Shown here piece by piece: positions 10,230-20,650 of a DNA stretch of 64,000 nt. The stretch is from Candidatus Krumholzibacteriia bacterium (GTDB taxonomy: Bacteria; Krumholzibacteriota; Krumholzibacteriia; WVZY01; JAKEHA01). Position 1 is the stretch's first letter; every line of letters starts with the position of its first letter. The stretch spans positions 1-64,000 of the forward strand of contig JAOUHG010000017.1 in assembly GCA_029865265.1 (NCBI GenBank), written 5' to 3'. A program made the position numbers and the translations under genes. The notes beneath the pieces were generated by a model, which did not search any database, was not told the origin of the DNA, and worked only from the letters and a program-made list of their open reading frames with translations.

Positions 10230-12926
10230 CTACTGGATGCGCACCGTGAACCCCACACCCGCGGTCGAACTGCCGCCCGCGAGGAGATTTCCCGTGAACA
10301 CCCACCGCACGTTGGTCACGTTGGCGTCGTAACCGGCCGGCGCACCACCGCCGCCGCTCGCCGGTGCGTAGGCCCACGTGGCACCGTTGTCGTCGGAGAA
10401 CTCGATGGCGATACCCGTCACCGATGCCGGCGCCGTGCCGGAGGTCTCCGAGCCCACCTGGAACTGCGTCCACGTCGGAACCGCGTCATAGATGATGATC
10501 GACGTGAGCGAGGCACTGCCCAGGTTCTGGTAGTCGACCGTGTAGGTCAGATCGGTACCCGGGGCCTGGTTGCCGGCGGGGCTGACCACCTTGGTGAGGC
10601 TCAGGTTGCCGGCGGTGATGGTGGTAACGTCGGTGGCGCTGTCGAACACCAGCGTCACCTGGCCGGTGGCGGTCAGCACGCCCACCTCCACCGTTCCCAC
10701 CGAAGCGCCCGCGGGCACCGTGAGTCGAACGCTGATGTTGGCACTGGCACCCGGCGCGAGCAGGATGCTCGTGATGGGCGTACTGGTCGCATCGAGGAAC
10801 ACGTAGCCCCAGCCCTGCGAGGAGACGTAGGTCAGGTCGAAGGTATCGCCCGTGTTACCCGTGTTGGTCACGGTGTGCGCGTAGGTGACGGTACCGCCGG
10901 CCGTTGCATTGCCCGCGTTGTCCGGATCGAACAACACCGACGCGAGCGTGTTCACCGTCACCGTGTTGACGATGGTGTCGCTCTGGGTGCCGTTGACCGT
11001 GGACGTGGCTGTGAAGGAGACGTTGTTGAGCCCCGGCGCGGTGGCCGCCGGCACAGTGACGCGCGCGATCAGGTTGATTTCAACACCCGCCGCCACCGGC
11101 CCCGTTGAGGCGACCGGCGTGAGTTCGCCAGCGTCGAGGATGCCGTTGCCGTTGGCGTCGATGTGGTAGGTGACCGTCCAGCCACCCGGCAGGACCGACG
11201 ACAGCGTGAAGTTGTCATTGGAACCGCCGTTGTTGATCACGTCGAGCGCAAAGTTGACCGACGCGCCCGGGTTGGCGTTCAGGTTGCGAGCAACGTTGTT
11301 GGTCGTCCCGGGGGCGCCGTCATAGTTACCGATATCCACGCTGGCCGGCAGCACCGAGGTAATGCTGTCGGTGGTCAAGTTGTCCGCCAGCGGATCATTG
11401 GACGAGCGGGCCAGGATGACTGCGTTGAACGGACCGCCCGCACCCTGCGAGCCCGGAATCACCAGGCGGACGACGATGTCGGCCGTCGCACCGGGGGCCA
11501 GCGAGCCTACGTCCGGGGTTCCGTCGAAGTTGCTGTCCGCGAGCGGCGTAACGCCGTCGGCGCGGTAGAACAACACCGACCACGTACCCGGGATGTTGGA
11601 CGCGCCGTCCAGCAGCACGTTGACCACGTCGGCCGCGTTGCCGTCGTTGCGGATGGTGTTGACGAACGTCACCGACGTATTGGCATACGCGGTGGCGATG
11701 GTCTGCACGTCATCGTCGAAACCGGGACCGGTGCCGGCACCCGGGTTGCCCACAGGACCGATGAGCACCGTCGCCAGCGTACCGACCGTGACCGGCGCGT
11801 TGTTGGAGGTGACGATGGTCGGATCCGGTGTCACCACGCTGTTGTCCACGTAGGCGAGTGCCGCGGTGTTGTTGAGCACACCGGGCGTCATGCCCACCGG
11901 AACCGTCACCTGGTACTGGAACGAGTAGCTCTGCCCCGCCACGATGGCACCGTTGGCGATGTACGCCACCGCGATGTCACCCGCCGCAGGCACGAGGCCC
12001 CACGCCCAGGTCTCGGGGCTTCCCGCCGTCGAGCTGCCGGTGGGCAGGTAGAGGACGGTGCCGCCGGCCGGCGAACCAGTGGGTGTTCCGAAGATCGCCA
12101 GCGGGTTGCCGCTTGCCGGGTTGAGCGGGATGATGTCGTACATGAGAACGCCGGTCAGGGCCACCGAAGCAACCGTGACGCCGTTCGCGCTGTTGGTGCC
12201 GGAGTTGGAACCGGTGAAGGTGTAGGTGATCTGATCACCGTCGTAGACCAGCGCGGGGGCGCCGGCCAGGTTCGCGGTCATCACCGCGTCGTTGACCACG
12301 GTGGTGAGGTGGTAGTTGCGCGTGTCAACCTGACCCGCGTCCGCCACCGAGGTACCCTGCACGCCGACGTAGGCCAGCTGGCCCGCCGTGGCCGTGCCCG
12401 GCACGGTATACGCGACAATGAGGTTCGCCGACGTGCCGGCCGCCATGGGCCCAAACACGCCCGGGACACCGCCTGCGCTGATCGCGGGCTCGCCCGCGTT
12501 GACAACGCCGTTGCCGTTCACGTCGTGATAGATGGTCACGCCCGAGAGCGCGAGTATCATGGTGGTGTTGGCGGCATCGATCAACGGCTGCAGCGTGTAG
12601 CTGTCGTTGTCGTTGCCGGTATTCGAGAGCGTGTAGCTGTAGTACACGGTCTGCCCGCCAATGGCGTTCTGCGCCATGGCCGGCGTCACCGGCGGGGTCT
12701 CGCCGGAGTCGTCGGGCAGGATCGATACGCTGTACACGGGCAGGACGACCGTGATCACTTCATTGGAAAGCGAGGTATACGTGTTGCCGATCAGGTCCTC
12801 GTAGGTGGCAGAGGCGCGGTTGCGGATCTGCGTGCCGGCCGGCGTCGTCTGCGCGAACGCCGAGGCGGCAAACATGGCCACCATAACGAGGGCGAGGACG
12901 GCAAGCGAGAGAATGCGCTTGTTCAT
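10230..12926 (-). CDS. secreted DUF11/CARDB-like β-sandwich repeat protein (898 aa)
   Basis: Strong RBS AGGAGGA upstream of ATG 12926. Signal peptide MNKRILSLAVLALVMVAMFAASAFA-QTTPAGTQIRNRASATYED. Repeated TYTxxVxNxG-type DUF11 motifs and glycine-rich GNPGAGTGPG linkers. The C-terminal VRWVFTGN...GFTVRIQ block is shared with its operon partners. Confidence 0.8.
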   Translation of the reverse strand: MNKRILSLAVLALVMVAMFAASAFAQTTPAGTQIRNRASATYEDLIGNTYTSLSNEVITVVLPVYSVSILPDDSGETPPVTPAMAQNAIGGQTVYYSYTLSNTGNDNDSYTLQPLIDAANTTMILALSGVTIYHDVNGNGVVNAGEPAISAGGVPGVFGPMAAGTSANLIVAYTVPGTATAGQLAYVGVQGTSVADAGQVDTRNYHLTTVVNDAVMTANLAGAPALVYDGDQITYTFTGSNSGTNSANGVTVASVALTGVLMYDIIPLNPASGNPLAIFGTPTGSPAGGTVLYLPTGSSTAGSPETWAWGLVPAAGDIAVAYIANGAIVAGQSYSFQYQVTVPVGMTPGVLNNTAALAYVDNSVVTPDPTIVTSNNAPVTVGTLATVLIGPVGNPGAGTGPGFDDDVQTIATAYANTSVTFVNTIRNDGNAADVVNVLLDGASNIPGTWSVLFYRADGVTPLADSNFDGTPDVGSLAPGATADIVVRLVIPGSQGAGGPFNAVILARSSNDPLADNLTTDSITSVLPASVDIGNYDGAPGTTNNVARNLNANPGASVNFALDVINNGGSNDNFTLSSVLPGGWTVTYHIDANGNGILDAGELTPVASTGPVAAGVEINLIARVTVPAATAPGLNNVSFTATSTVNGTQSDTIVNTVTVNTLASVLFDPDNAGNATAGGTVTYAHTVTNTGNTGDTFDLTYVSSQGWGYVFLDATSTPITSILLAPGASANISVRLTVPAGASVGTVEVGVLTATGQVTLVFDSATDVTTITAGNLSLTKVVSPAGNQAPGTDLTYTVDYQNLGSASLTSIIIYDAVPTWTQFQVGSETSGTAPASVTGIAIEFSDDNGATWAYAPASGGGGAPAGYDANVTNVRWVFTGNLLAGGSSTAGVGFTVRIQ

Positions 12927-12938
12927 TGTTCCGTCCTC

Positions 12939-13424
12939 CTATCGAACGACCGCGCGGTAAGCCAGGGTGACCTGCTCCGCGGGTTCGAGTTCATCGTTGA
13001 GGGTCCAGCGGACGTGCGTCACCATGCTGGCGGGCGCGTCCTTCCACACTTCCTTGCCGTCGACAACCGTGCGGATGCGAACCGGCCAGGCATGAAACGT
13101 CTTGCCGTTGTCCACGCTGAACGTGACCGCGGCGCCACCCGGCTGCGTGGCCGTGCGGACGACGTACTCGGTTCCCGACGGAATCGGGTCGGTGATCGAA
13201 ACCGTGCGAACCGCGGTCTCTCCGCCGTTGGCGTAGGTGAGGCGGTACTCGATGAGATCCCTGGGAGAAGCCTCTCCCGCGGGCACGAACAACTCCTCGC
13301 CGGTCTCCTCGGCGACGAGCACTTTCCAAGCTTCGATATTCCCCGTCAGCGGACCGGAACCGATGGCGGCACCGGCCACGAACAAGACGGCGAAGATCGT
13401 CAGCAACATCACGGCGCGACGCAT
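12939..13424 (-). CDS. small secreted single-domain DUF11/CARDB-like protein (161 aa), first gene of the giant-protein operon
   Basis: GGAGG RBS 9 nt upstream of ATG 13424. Signal peptide MRRAVMLLTIFAVLFVAGAAIG. DUF11-like core LIEYRLTYANGGETAVRTVSITDPIPSGTEYV. Its stop lies 12 nt from the start of the 898-aa gene. The upstream part of the track ORF (to 13637) is probably untranslated. Confidence 0.65.
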   Translation of the reverse strand: MRRAVMLLTIFAVLFVAGAAIGSGPLTGNIEAWKVLVAEETGEELFVPAGEASPRDLIEYRLTYANGGETAVRTVSITDPIPSGTEYVVRTATQPGGAAVTFSVDNGKTFHAWPVRIRTVVDGKEVWKDAPASMVTHVRWTLNDELEPAEQVTLAYRAVVR

Positions 13425-13864
13425 GGGCGCTACCTCCTGGATGGCGCGAATAGACGAAATGCCGGCGTGACCCCCCTGAGGGGTTCCGCTCCGGCAAGCG
13501 CGCGGCAACTGACCGCGCGTCCGCGCCGGTCTCCCCGGCCGCGGTTCACGGTGCAGAGGGCAAGGACCATTCCACAGAAGGGCGCATGGTTCCCCCATGG
13601 GTGGCATGGCGCCCCGGCGGGTATCCCTGCGGATCATGGCAACTTATTGTTTCTAAGTTTGTTACAGGGGAAGCTGGGCGGGAATTACAGGCCGCGGAAG
13701 AGAATCACGCGGAAGCCCAGGGCACCGCGCCGGCACCGGCCGGGAAATGCAAATTGACCGGTCACCGGCGGCGGGCCGGCCAATATGAAGCCAGCGCGCC
13801 TGGCGGGCAGGGGGTGGGACAGAGATTGTTGAAAATTCTACAGCCACTGGACTATATTCCACAC

Positions 13865-14920
13865 ATGACGCGACCCATTCCAGGCTGGAGAATCCTCCTC
13901 ATCGCGGCCATCACCGCGGCGACGGTTTCGTTCCACTACGGGCTCCTCGTGCCCGACTCCCACGGCGGCGTGCTGCACGCCATCCACGGGCGACTGTGCT
14001 ACATCCCCATCATTCTGGCGGCGGTCTGGTACGGCGTGCGCGGCGGGCTCATCACCGCGCTGGCCATCACCCTGCTCACCCTTCCCTACGCGCGTCTGAA
14101 GGGCATCACCGACCACCACACACTGCTGGGCGAGTACACCGAGATGGTGTTCTACGTGGCCATCGGTCTCATGACCGGCGTCCTCATCGAGCGGCAGTGG
14201 CGCGAGCGGCGGCGCAGCGAATCCCTGCAACGCGAACTCGCCAGGCAGGAACGGCTGTCGTCGCTCGGCCAGATGGCAGCGGGACTCGCGCACGAGATCC
14301 GCAATCCGCTTGGTTCCATCCAGGGCGCCGCGGAGATGCTGGGGGACCGCGCGCCGGCCGGCACGCGCGAAGGCGAGTTGTTCGACGTGTTGCGCAAGGA
14401 ATCGCTCCGGCTGGGAGCGGTGGTGAACGACTTCCTCGGCTTTGCCCGGCCGCGCCCGCCGGAACTCGCGCCCGTCGACGTCGCGGCGGCGGTCGAGCGC
14501 GCCGCAGCGCAGATGGAACTGGACGCGTCGGCGCGGGGCGTCAGCATCGCGCGCTCCGTGGAAGCCGATCTCCCCGTGCTGCAGGCGGACGAGGGACAGC
14601 TGCACCAGGTCCTGCTCAATCTGCTGATGAACGCAATCGCCGCCAGCACGGACGGCGGCCGCGTGGAGATTTCCGCCGCGCGCACGCACCGCGACGGCGT
14701 GCCCTGCGTGGCGCTGCGCGTGCACGATACCGGCGCCGGCATTCCCGAGGACGTGCTGCCACGCATCTTCGACCCGTTCTTCACCACGCGTGAGAGCGGA
14801 ACCGGGCTGGGGCTGTCGATCTCGCACGGCATCATCCGTGAGCACGGCGGCTGGATCGACGCGAGGAGCCGCCCCTTCGGGGGCACCACGATTTCCGTCA
14901 TTCTGCCGGCGGGGGAATAA
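13865..14920 (+). CDS. membrane sensor histidine kinase (HisKA + HATPase_c) with a small polytopic N-terminal membrane domain
   Basis: H-box LAHEIRNPLGSIQGAAEML, G-boxes DTGAGIPEDVLPRIFDPFFTT and GTGLGLSISHGII. Hydrophobic N-terminus MTRPIPGWRILLIAAITAATV... Divergent from the DUF11 operon. Its stop is 4 nt from the response-regulator start. Confidence 0.85.
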   Translation: MTRPIPGWRILLIAAITAATVSFHYGLLVPDSHGGVLHAIHGRLCYIPIILAAVWYGVRGGLITALAITLLTLPYARLKGITDHHTLLGEYTEMVFYVAIGLMTGVLIERQWRERRRSESLQRELARQERLSSLGQMAAGLAHEIRNPLGSIQGAAEMLGDRAPAGTREGELFDVLRKESLRLGAVVNDFLGFARPRPPELAPVDVAAAVERAAAQMELDASARGVSIARSVEADLPVLQADEGQLHQVLLNLLMNAIAASTDGGRVEISAARTHRDGVPCVALRVHDTGAGIPEDVLPRIFDPFFTTRESGTGLGLSISHGIIREHGGWIDARSRPFGGTTISVILPAGE

Positions 14921-14924
14921 CGCC

Positions 14925-16277
<1,353 letters not shown>

Positions 16278-16393
16278 GCCCGCGGTGCCAGGGTGGCACA
16301 GCACCGGGACTTCGTGCTAACCTGTCGAGCCCGCGCGTGCCGTCACGCGCGACGCAACCACCAACGTCCCCCGCATTGCAAAGGAGTGAACAG

Positions 16394-19324
16394 TTGCGAC
16401 GCGTCGTCCTGTTTTGCCTCGCGGCGATCGCCGCTGTGAGCGCGGTGCCCGCCGCGGCGGCGGACTACTTTCAGCAGTTCGTCCACTATACCATCCGGGT
16501 TCAGCTCGACACGGAGCGCAAGTGGATTTCCGGCTCGGAGACGATTGTCTATGCGAACAACTCGCCGGACACGCTGCGCGAGTTCTACCTCCACCTCTAT
16601 CCCAACGCGTTTCGCGACAAGAACGTCCCCTACCAGAAGGACGAGAATCGCAAGTACAACCTGACCCTGCGCGACGTCCCCGGGGACCACAAGGGATGGC
16701 TGGACCTGCGCGGGGTGCGCGTGGGTGCGGACTCGGTGACGGTGACGGTGGAGGGGACCCTCGCGCACATGGACCTCCCCCGCCCCCTCGCGCCCGGCGA
16801 CTCGATGACCATTTCCTTCGATTTCGACGGCAAGGTGCGCAAGGGCGCGGACCGCTCCGGCTACAAGGGGGATCACTACGACTTCGCCCAGTGGTACCCC
16901 AAGGTGGTCGTGTACGATGAAAAGGGGTTCCACCCCGACCAGTTCATGACCGGCGAGTTCTACGGGGAGTTCGGCACCTTCGACGTGCACATCGAACTGC
17001 CGTCGCATTTCGTCGTGGTCGCAACCGGAACCGTGCAGAGCGGCGACCCGGGCTGGGACTACAACCCGCCGCACGAGAAGAACGCGCCCCGGCGCAAAGC
17101 GGACGGCGGCAGCAAGACCGTGCATTTCCACGCCCAGAGGGTGCACGACTTCGCCTGGTGCGCCGATCCCAGCTACGTCGTGCAGGACACCACGCTCGAC
17201 GGCATCGAAATCCGCAGCGCCTACCGGCGCTCCAGCGCGAAGACCTGGGAGGATTCCACCCTGGCGCACGCGGTGCGCGCCATCAAGTGGTACGGCAGCA
17301 AGGTGGGCAGGTACCCCTACCCGCAGATCACGGTGGCGGAGATGCTGCGCGGCGGCGGCATGGAGTACCCGATGTTCGTCATGGACGGCCGCGCCAGCGA
17401 GGGTCTGGTGATGCACGAGATCGGCCACGTGTACTTCTACGGAATCCTCGCCAACGACGAGCGGGAGGAGGCGTGGCTGGACGAGGGCTTCGCGACCTTC
17501 ATGACCGCGTGGTACAACACCGAGACCCACGGACCCTGGGGTGATACCAGCGAGTGGAACTTCTACCAGCGCATCACGCCCCAGTACAACATCTGGGAGA
17601 AGTACCGGCGCAACGTGTTCGACCTGGAGCGCCGCCACTACGGCGAGCGCGTCTCGTTCCGCGCCGAGGACTACATCCACTCATACCGCGCCAACGTGTA
17701 CGACAAGGCCGCGCTCACCCTCAACACCATCAAGTTCGTGGCCGGGGACGAGAAGTTCGTGCAGATCCTGCACGATTACTTCGACAAATGGCAGTTCAAG
17801 CACGTCAACGAGGATCGTTTCCGCGAGGTGTGCGAGAACGTGACGCAGTGGGACCTGTCGCGCCAGTTCGAGCAGTGGCTGCACACCACCAAGACGGTCG
17901 ACTACCAGCTGGAAAAGGTGGGCTCGCGGCCGGATTCGAGCGGCGTCGTCACCGAGGTCCTGGTGCGCCGCCTCGGCGAACTCTACTGCCCCATCCAGGT
18001 GGACTACACGCTCCCCGACGGCAGCGTGCGCTCGGAGCGTCTCGACGCGCGCGACCGCACCATGCGCAGCCGCATGAAGCTTCCCGCCGAGCCCGTGCGC
18101 GTCGAGATCAACCCGAACAACGAGATCATGGACCGCAACCTGTCGGACAACGTGCTGCCGCGGCGCAAGGACCTGCAGTTCGACTGGCCCAACAACGACT
18201 ACTATCCCGAGGACGCCTATCAGATCCGGCACCGCCCCGCCATCTGGTACAACGACGTCGACGGCGCCAAGGTGGGCTATCACTTCTCGGGCAGCATGCA
18301 CGGCTGGTCACGCCGCCTGCAGCTGGGCCTGTACTACGGCGCCATGTCGGACCGCCTCGACTTCTCGGCGTCGTTCGAGCAGCCCAAGTACTGGTTCAAG
18401 AGCAACTCGACCTTCCGGGTGGCGGGCTACAAGATGGAAGGCCGCCAGCAGGCCACCGTGGACTTCCGTTTCAACAGGCGCGCCAAACTGCTGGAGCCAC
18501 CCACCCAGGAGTTCCTCATCGGGTACGGCTACCACGAGTTGCGCGCACCGCGCTACCTCGTGAGCCCCGAGATCTACGACACGTTGCAGGCCGACACCGG
18601 GCCGTACTTCGGCTACTCGGTGGACCCGCAGCTCGACGTGGCCGCCACACGCCTCGAAGGCGGGCTGCGGCTGGGACGCAGCTGGTTCGGCGGCGACTAC
18701 AAGTACGAACGCCTCGAACTGGCGCTCACCACGCACTCGCGCCCGCAAGTGACGGGCGGCGTGGACACGCGCCTGCGTCTGTTCGCCGGCTTCGGGGGCG
18801 GCGGCATGCCCACCCAGAGAAGGTTCAACCTGGCGGGCGCGGGTCCGGTGGCGCAGGGAGAGAAGTTCTGGCTGCGTTCGCCGGGCGCGGTACCGCCGGA
18901 CCTGAACTACCTGGAACCGGGGGATGGAAACCTGCGCGGTTACTTCGATGGAACCTTCGGTGTCAACAAGCTGGTGGCGTTCAACGGCGAACTCGGCACG
19001 CGCGTGAAACTGTTCGGTCTTGAGAAGAAGGCGGCAAAGCTGGTGGGAACGTTGTCGTGGTACGGTTTCTACGACGCGGGCTGGATTCTCGACACCAGCA
19101 ACCCGATTTCATCGAGCGGGCGCGTGCAGTCCCTGGTGGACGGCGGCGTGCTGGATGCAACGCTGCAGGACGCGGGGGTGGGCATCCGCTCACACGTGGC
19201 GTGGCCGTTCTGGGATTTCACCTGGCGCCTCGACGTGCCCTTCTGGGTGAGCAACCCCGAGGTCAACGCCGAAACGGACACGGTCGACTTCCGCTACCTG
19301 TTCAGCCTGACTGCAACTTTCTAG
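16394..19324 (+). CDS. M1-family zinc aminopeptidase domain fused to a C-terminal Omp85/surface-antigen-type β-barrel (type Vd autotransporter-like architecture)
   Basis: AAAGGAGTG RBS then TTG 16394 giving the signal peptide MRRVVLFCLAAIAAVSAVPAAAADY (track ORF starts at 16337). M1 N-domain, GAMEN-like GGMEYP, HEIGH-x18-WLDEGFA gluzincin motif. The C-terminal ~400 aa carries RRFNLAGAG...NLRGYFDG (Omp85 RFxLGG / L6 VRGY-type motif) and ends ...FRYLFSLTATF with a terminal aromatic β-signal. Confidence 0.8.
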   Translation: MRRVVLFCLAAIAAVSAVPAAAADYFQQFVHYTIRVQLDTERKWISGSETIVYANNSPDTLREFYLHLYPNAFRDKNVPYQKDENRKYNLTLRDVPGDHKGWLDLRGVRVGADSVTVTVEGTLAHMDLPRPLAPGDSMTISFDFDGKVRKGADRSGYKGDHYDFAQWYPKVVVYDEKGFHPDQFMTGEFYGEFGTFDVHIELPSHFVVVATGTVQSGDPGWDYNPPHEKNAPRRKADGGSKTVHFHAQRVHDFAWCADPSYVVQDTTLDGIEIRSAYRRSSAKTWEDSTLAHAVRAIKWYGSKVGRYPYPQITVAEMLRGGGMEYPMFVMDGRASEGLVMHEIGHVYFYGILANDEREEAWLDEGFATFMTAWYNTETHGPWGDTSEWNFYQRITPQYNIWEKYRRNVFDLERRHYGERVSFRAEDYIHSYRANVYDKAALTLNTIKFVAGDEKFVQILHDYFDKWQFKHVNEDRFREVCENVTQWDLSRQFEQWLHTTKTVDYQLEKVGSRPDSSGVVTEVLVRRLGELYCPIQVDYTLPDGSVRSERLDARDRTMRSRMKLPAEPVRVEINPNNEIMDRNLSDNVLPRRKDLQFDWPNNDYYPEDAYQIRHRPAIWYNDVDGAKVGYHFSGSMHGWSRRLQLGLYYGAMSDRLDFSASFEQPKYWFKSNSTFRVAGYKMEGRQQATVDFRFNRRAKLLEPPTQEFLIGYGYHELRAPRYLVSPEIYDTLQADTGPYFGYSVDPQLDVAATRLEGGLRLGRSWFGGDYKYERLELALTTHSRPQVTGGVDTRLRLFAGFGGGGMPTQRRFNLAGAGPVAQGEKFWLRSPGAVPPDLNYLEPGDGNLRGYFDGTFGVNKLVAFNGELGTRVKLFGLEKKAAKLVGTLSWYGFYDAGWILDTSNPISSSGRVQSLVDGGVLDATLQDAGVGIRSHVAWPFWDFTWRLDVPFWVSNPEVNAETDTVDFRYLFSLTATF

Positions 19325-20421
19325 GACGCCGACGCGATGACCGCCGCGGCCGCCTCGTCGACCATGGCGTCGGAGAGTTCCGCGTACATCGGCAGCGACA
19401 CGATGCTCGCTACCACCTTCTCCGCCACCGGGAACGCGCCCTGCTTCAGACCCAGATACGCATACGCGGGTTGCAGGTGCAGGGGAATGGGGTAGTGGAT
19501 TCCCGCACCGATTCCCTTCTCCTTGAGCTGCGCGAGCGTGCGCTCGCGATCCGGAACCCGCACCACGTACAAATGGTAGACGTGCCGCCGCCCCGCGGTT
19601 GCGCTGATGGGGACCACCGCCGAGCCGGCGAAGGCCCGGTCGTAACGCGCGGCGCGCGAGCGGCGCGCCTCCGTCCATGCCTCCAGGTGGCGCAGCTTCA
19701 CGTCCAGCACCGCCGCCTGCATGGCGTCGAGCCGGTAGTTCCATCCTTCGTAGAGATGATGGTACTTCTCGCGGCTACCGTGGTCGGCGAGCGCGCGCAT
19801 CAACGACGCCGCGTCGGCATCGTCGGTGGCGACGAGCCCGCCGTCTCCGTACGCACCCAGGTTCTTCCCCGGGTAGAAACTGAACGCGGTGGTATCGCCC
19901 AGCGTCTTGCCGCGGTCGCCGCCGATGTCGGCGCCGTGCGACTGCGCCGCATCCGCCACCACGCGCAACTTCCTGCGCGCGGCGATGTCGCGCACCGCAT
20001 CCATATCCGCCGGCTGCCCGTAGAGGTGCACCGGGACGATGGCACGCGTGCGCGGCGTGATGGCCGCTTCGATCCTGGCGGGATCTATCAACTGGGTCGC
20101 CTCGTCCACATCCACCAGCACCGGCCGCGCACCCGCGTGGGTGATGGCCTCGGTGGTGGCAATGAACGTGTTGCAGGCGGTGATGACCTCATCGCCCGGC
20201 TTCACGCCGGCGCCGAGCAGTGCCAGGTGCAGGGCCGATGTTCCGCTGCAACTGCCAACACCGTGCTCGGCGCCGCTGTAGCGGGCGAAATTGCGCTCGA
20301 AACCTCGAACGGCTTCGCCGCCAATGAAGTGACAGCTCTCAACCACGCCCGCTATGGCGGCGTCGATTTCGGGCTTGATGGAGGCGTACTGCGCCTTGAG
20401 GTCGAGGAACGGGATGGCCAT
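19321..20421 (-). CDS. DegT/DnrJ/EryC1/StrS-family PLP-dependent sugar aminotransferase (ArnB/perosamine-synthase-like)
   Basis: MAIPFLDLKAQYASIKPEIDAAI...SALHLALLGAGVKPGDEVITACNTFIATTEAI...DAAQSHG is typical of the family. AGGTAGGA RBS upstream of ATG 20421. The 5' part of the track ORF (to 20748) is not used. Confidence 0.85.
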   Translation of the reverse strand: MAIPFLDLKAQYASIKPEIDAAIAGVVESCHFIGGEAVRGFERNFARYSGAEHGVGSCSGTSALHLALLGAGVKPGDEVITACNTFIATTEAITHAGARPVLVDVDEATQLIDPARIEAAITPRTRAIVPVHLYGQPADMDAVRDIAARRKLRVVADAAQSHGADIGGDRGKTLGDTTAFSFYPGKNLGAYGDGGLVATDDADAASLMRALADHGSREKYHHLYEGWNYRLDAMQAAVLDVKLRHLEAWTEARRSRAARYDRAFAGSAVVPISATAGRRHVYHLYVVRVPDRERTLAQLKEKGIGAGIHYPIPLHLQPAYAYLGLKQGAFPVAEKVVASIVSLPMYAELSDAMVDEAAAAVIASAS

Positions 20422-20650
20422 GTCGATCCTACCTGGAGCTTTCCTGATTAATGAAAGATGGGCACGACGGGCGTTACCACGCGGGAAACACCGCACGATA
20501 TGCGGCTCGGGAATGCATCGATCGTACCATATTCGCGCGTGCACCGGCAACTCCGTCGGCTTCCCCTCCTGCGGCGCTCGTTGACACCCGGCGGAACCGG
20601 CCCGTACACTGCCGCCATCCCCGCGAGAAACGGGGCCGAGGTGCAGCCAC

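Noticed and set aside
399-13424. Possibility that the giant proteins are T9SS cargo or sortase-dependent isopeptide pilins
   Set aside because: The shared C-terminal blocks look like terminal strands of DUF11 domains rather than the T9SS CTD. There is no sortase, LPXTG motif, or Lys-first-strand/Asn-last-strand pattern, so the isopeptide or T9SS claim is not supported by the sequence.
13441-13500. Small GC hairpin CCCC-tga-GGGG upstream of the DUF11 operon as a terminator
   Set aside because: Only a 4-bp stem with no U-tract on either strand.
13662-13862. 66-aa minus-strand ORF in the divergent intergenic region
   Set aside because: Pro/Arg-rich low-complexity translation with no RBS. It most likely lies in the non-coding promoter region.
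13425-13865. Search for a σ54 -24/-12 promoter (TGGCAC-N5-TTGC) in the divergent intergenic region and upstream of the M1-barrel gene
   Set aside because: Only partial matches (TGGCAACTTATTGTTT at ~13636; TGGCACAGCACC at 16294) with no proper -12 GC element. It cannot be called by eye and is left as a test for the main finding.
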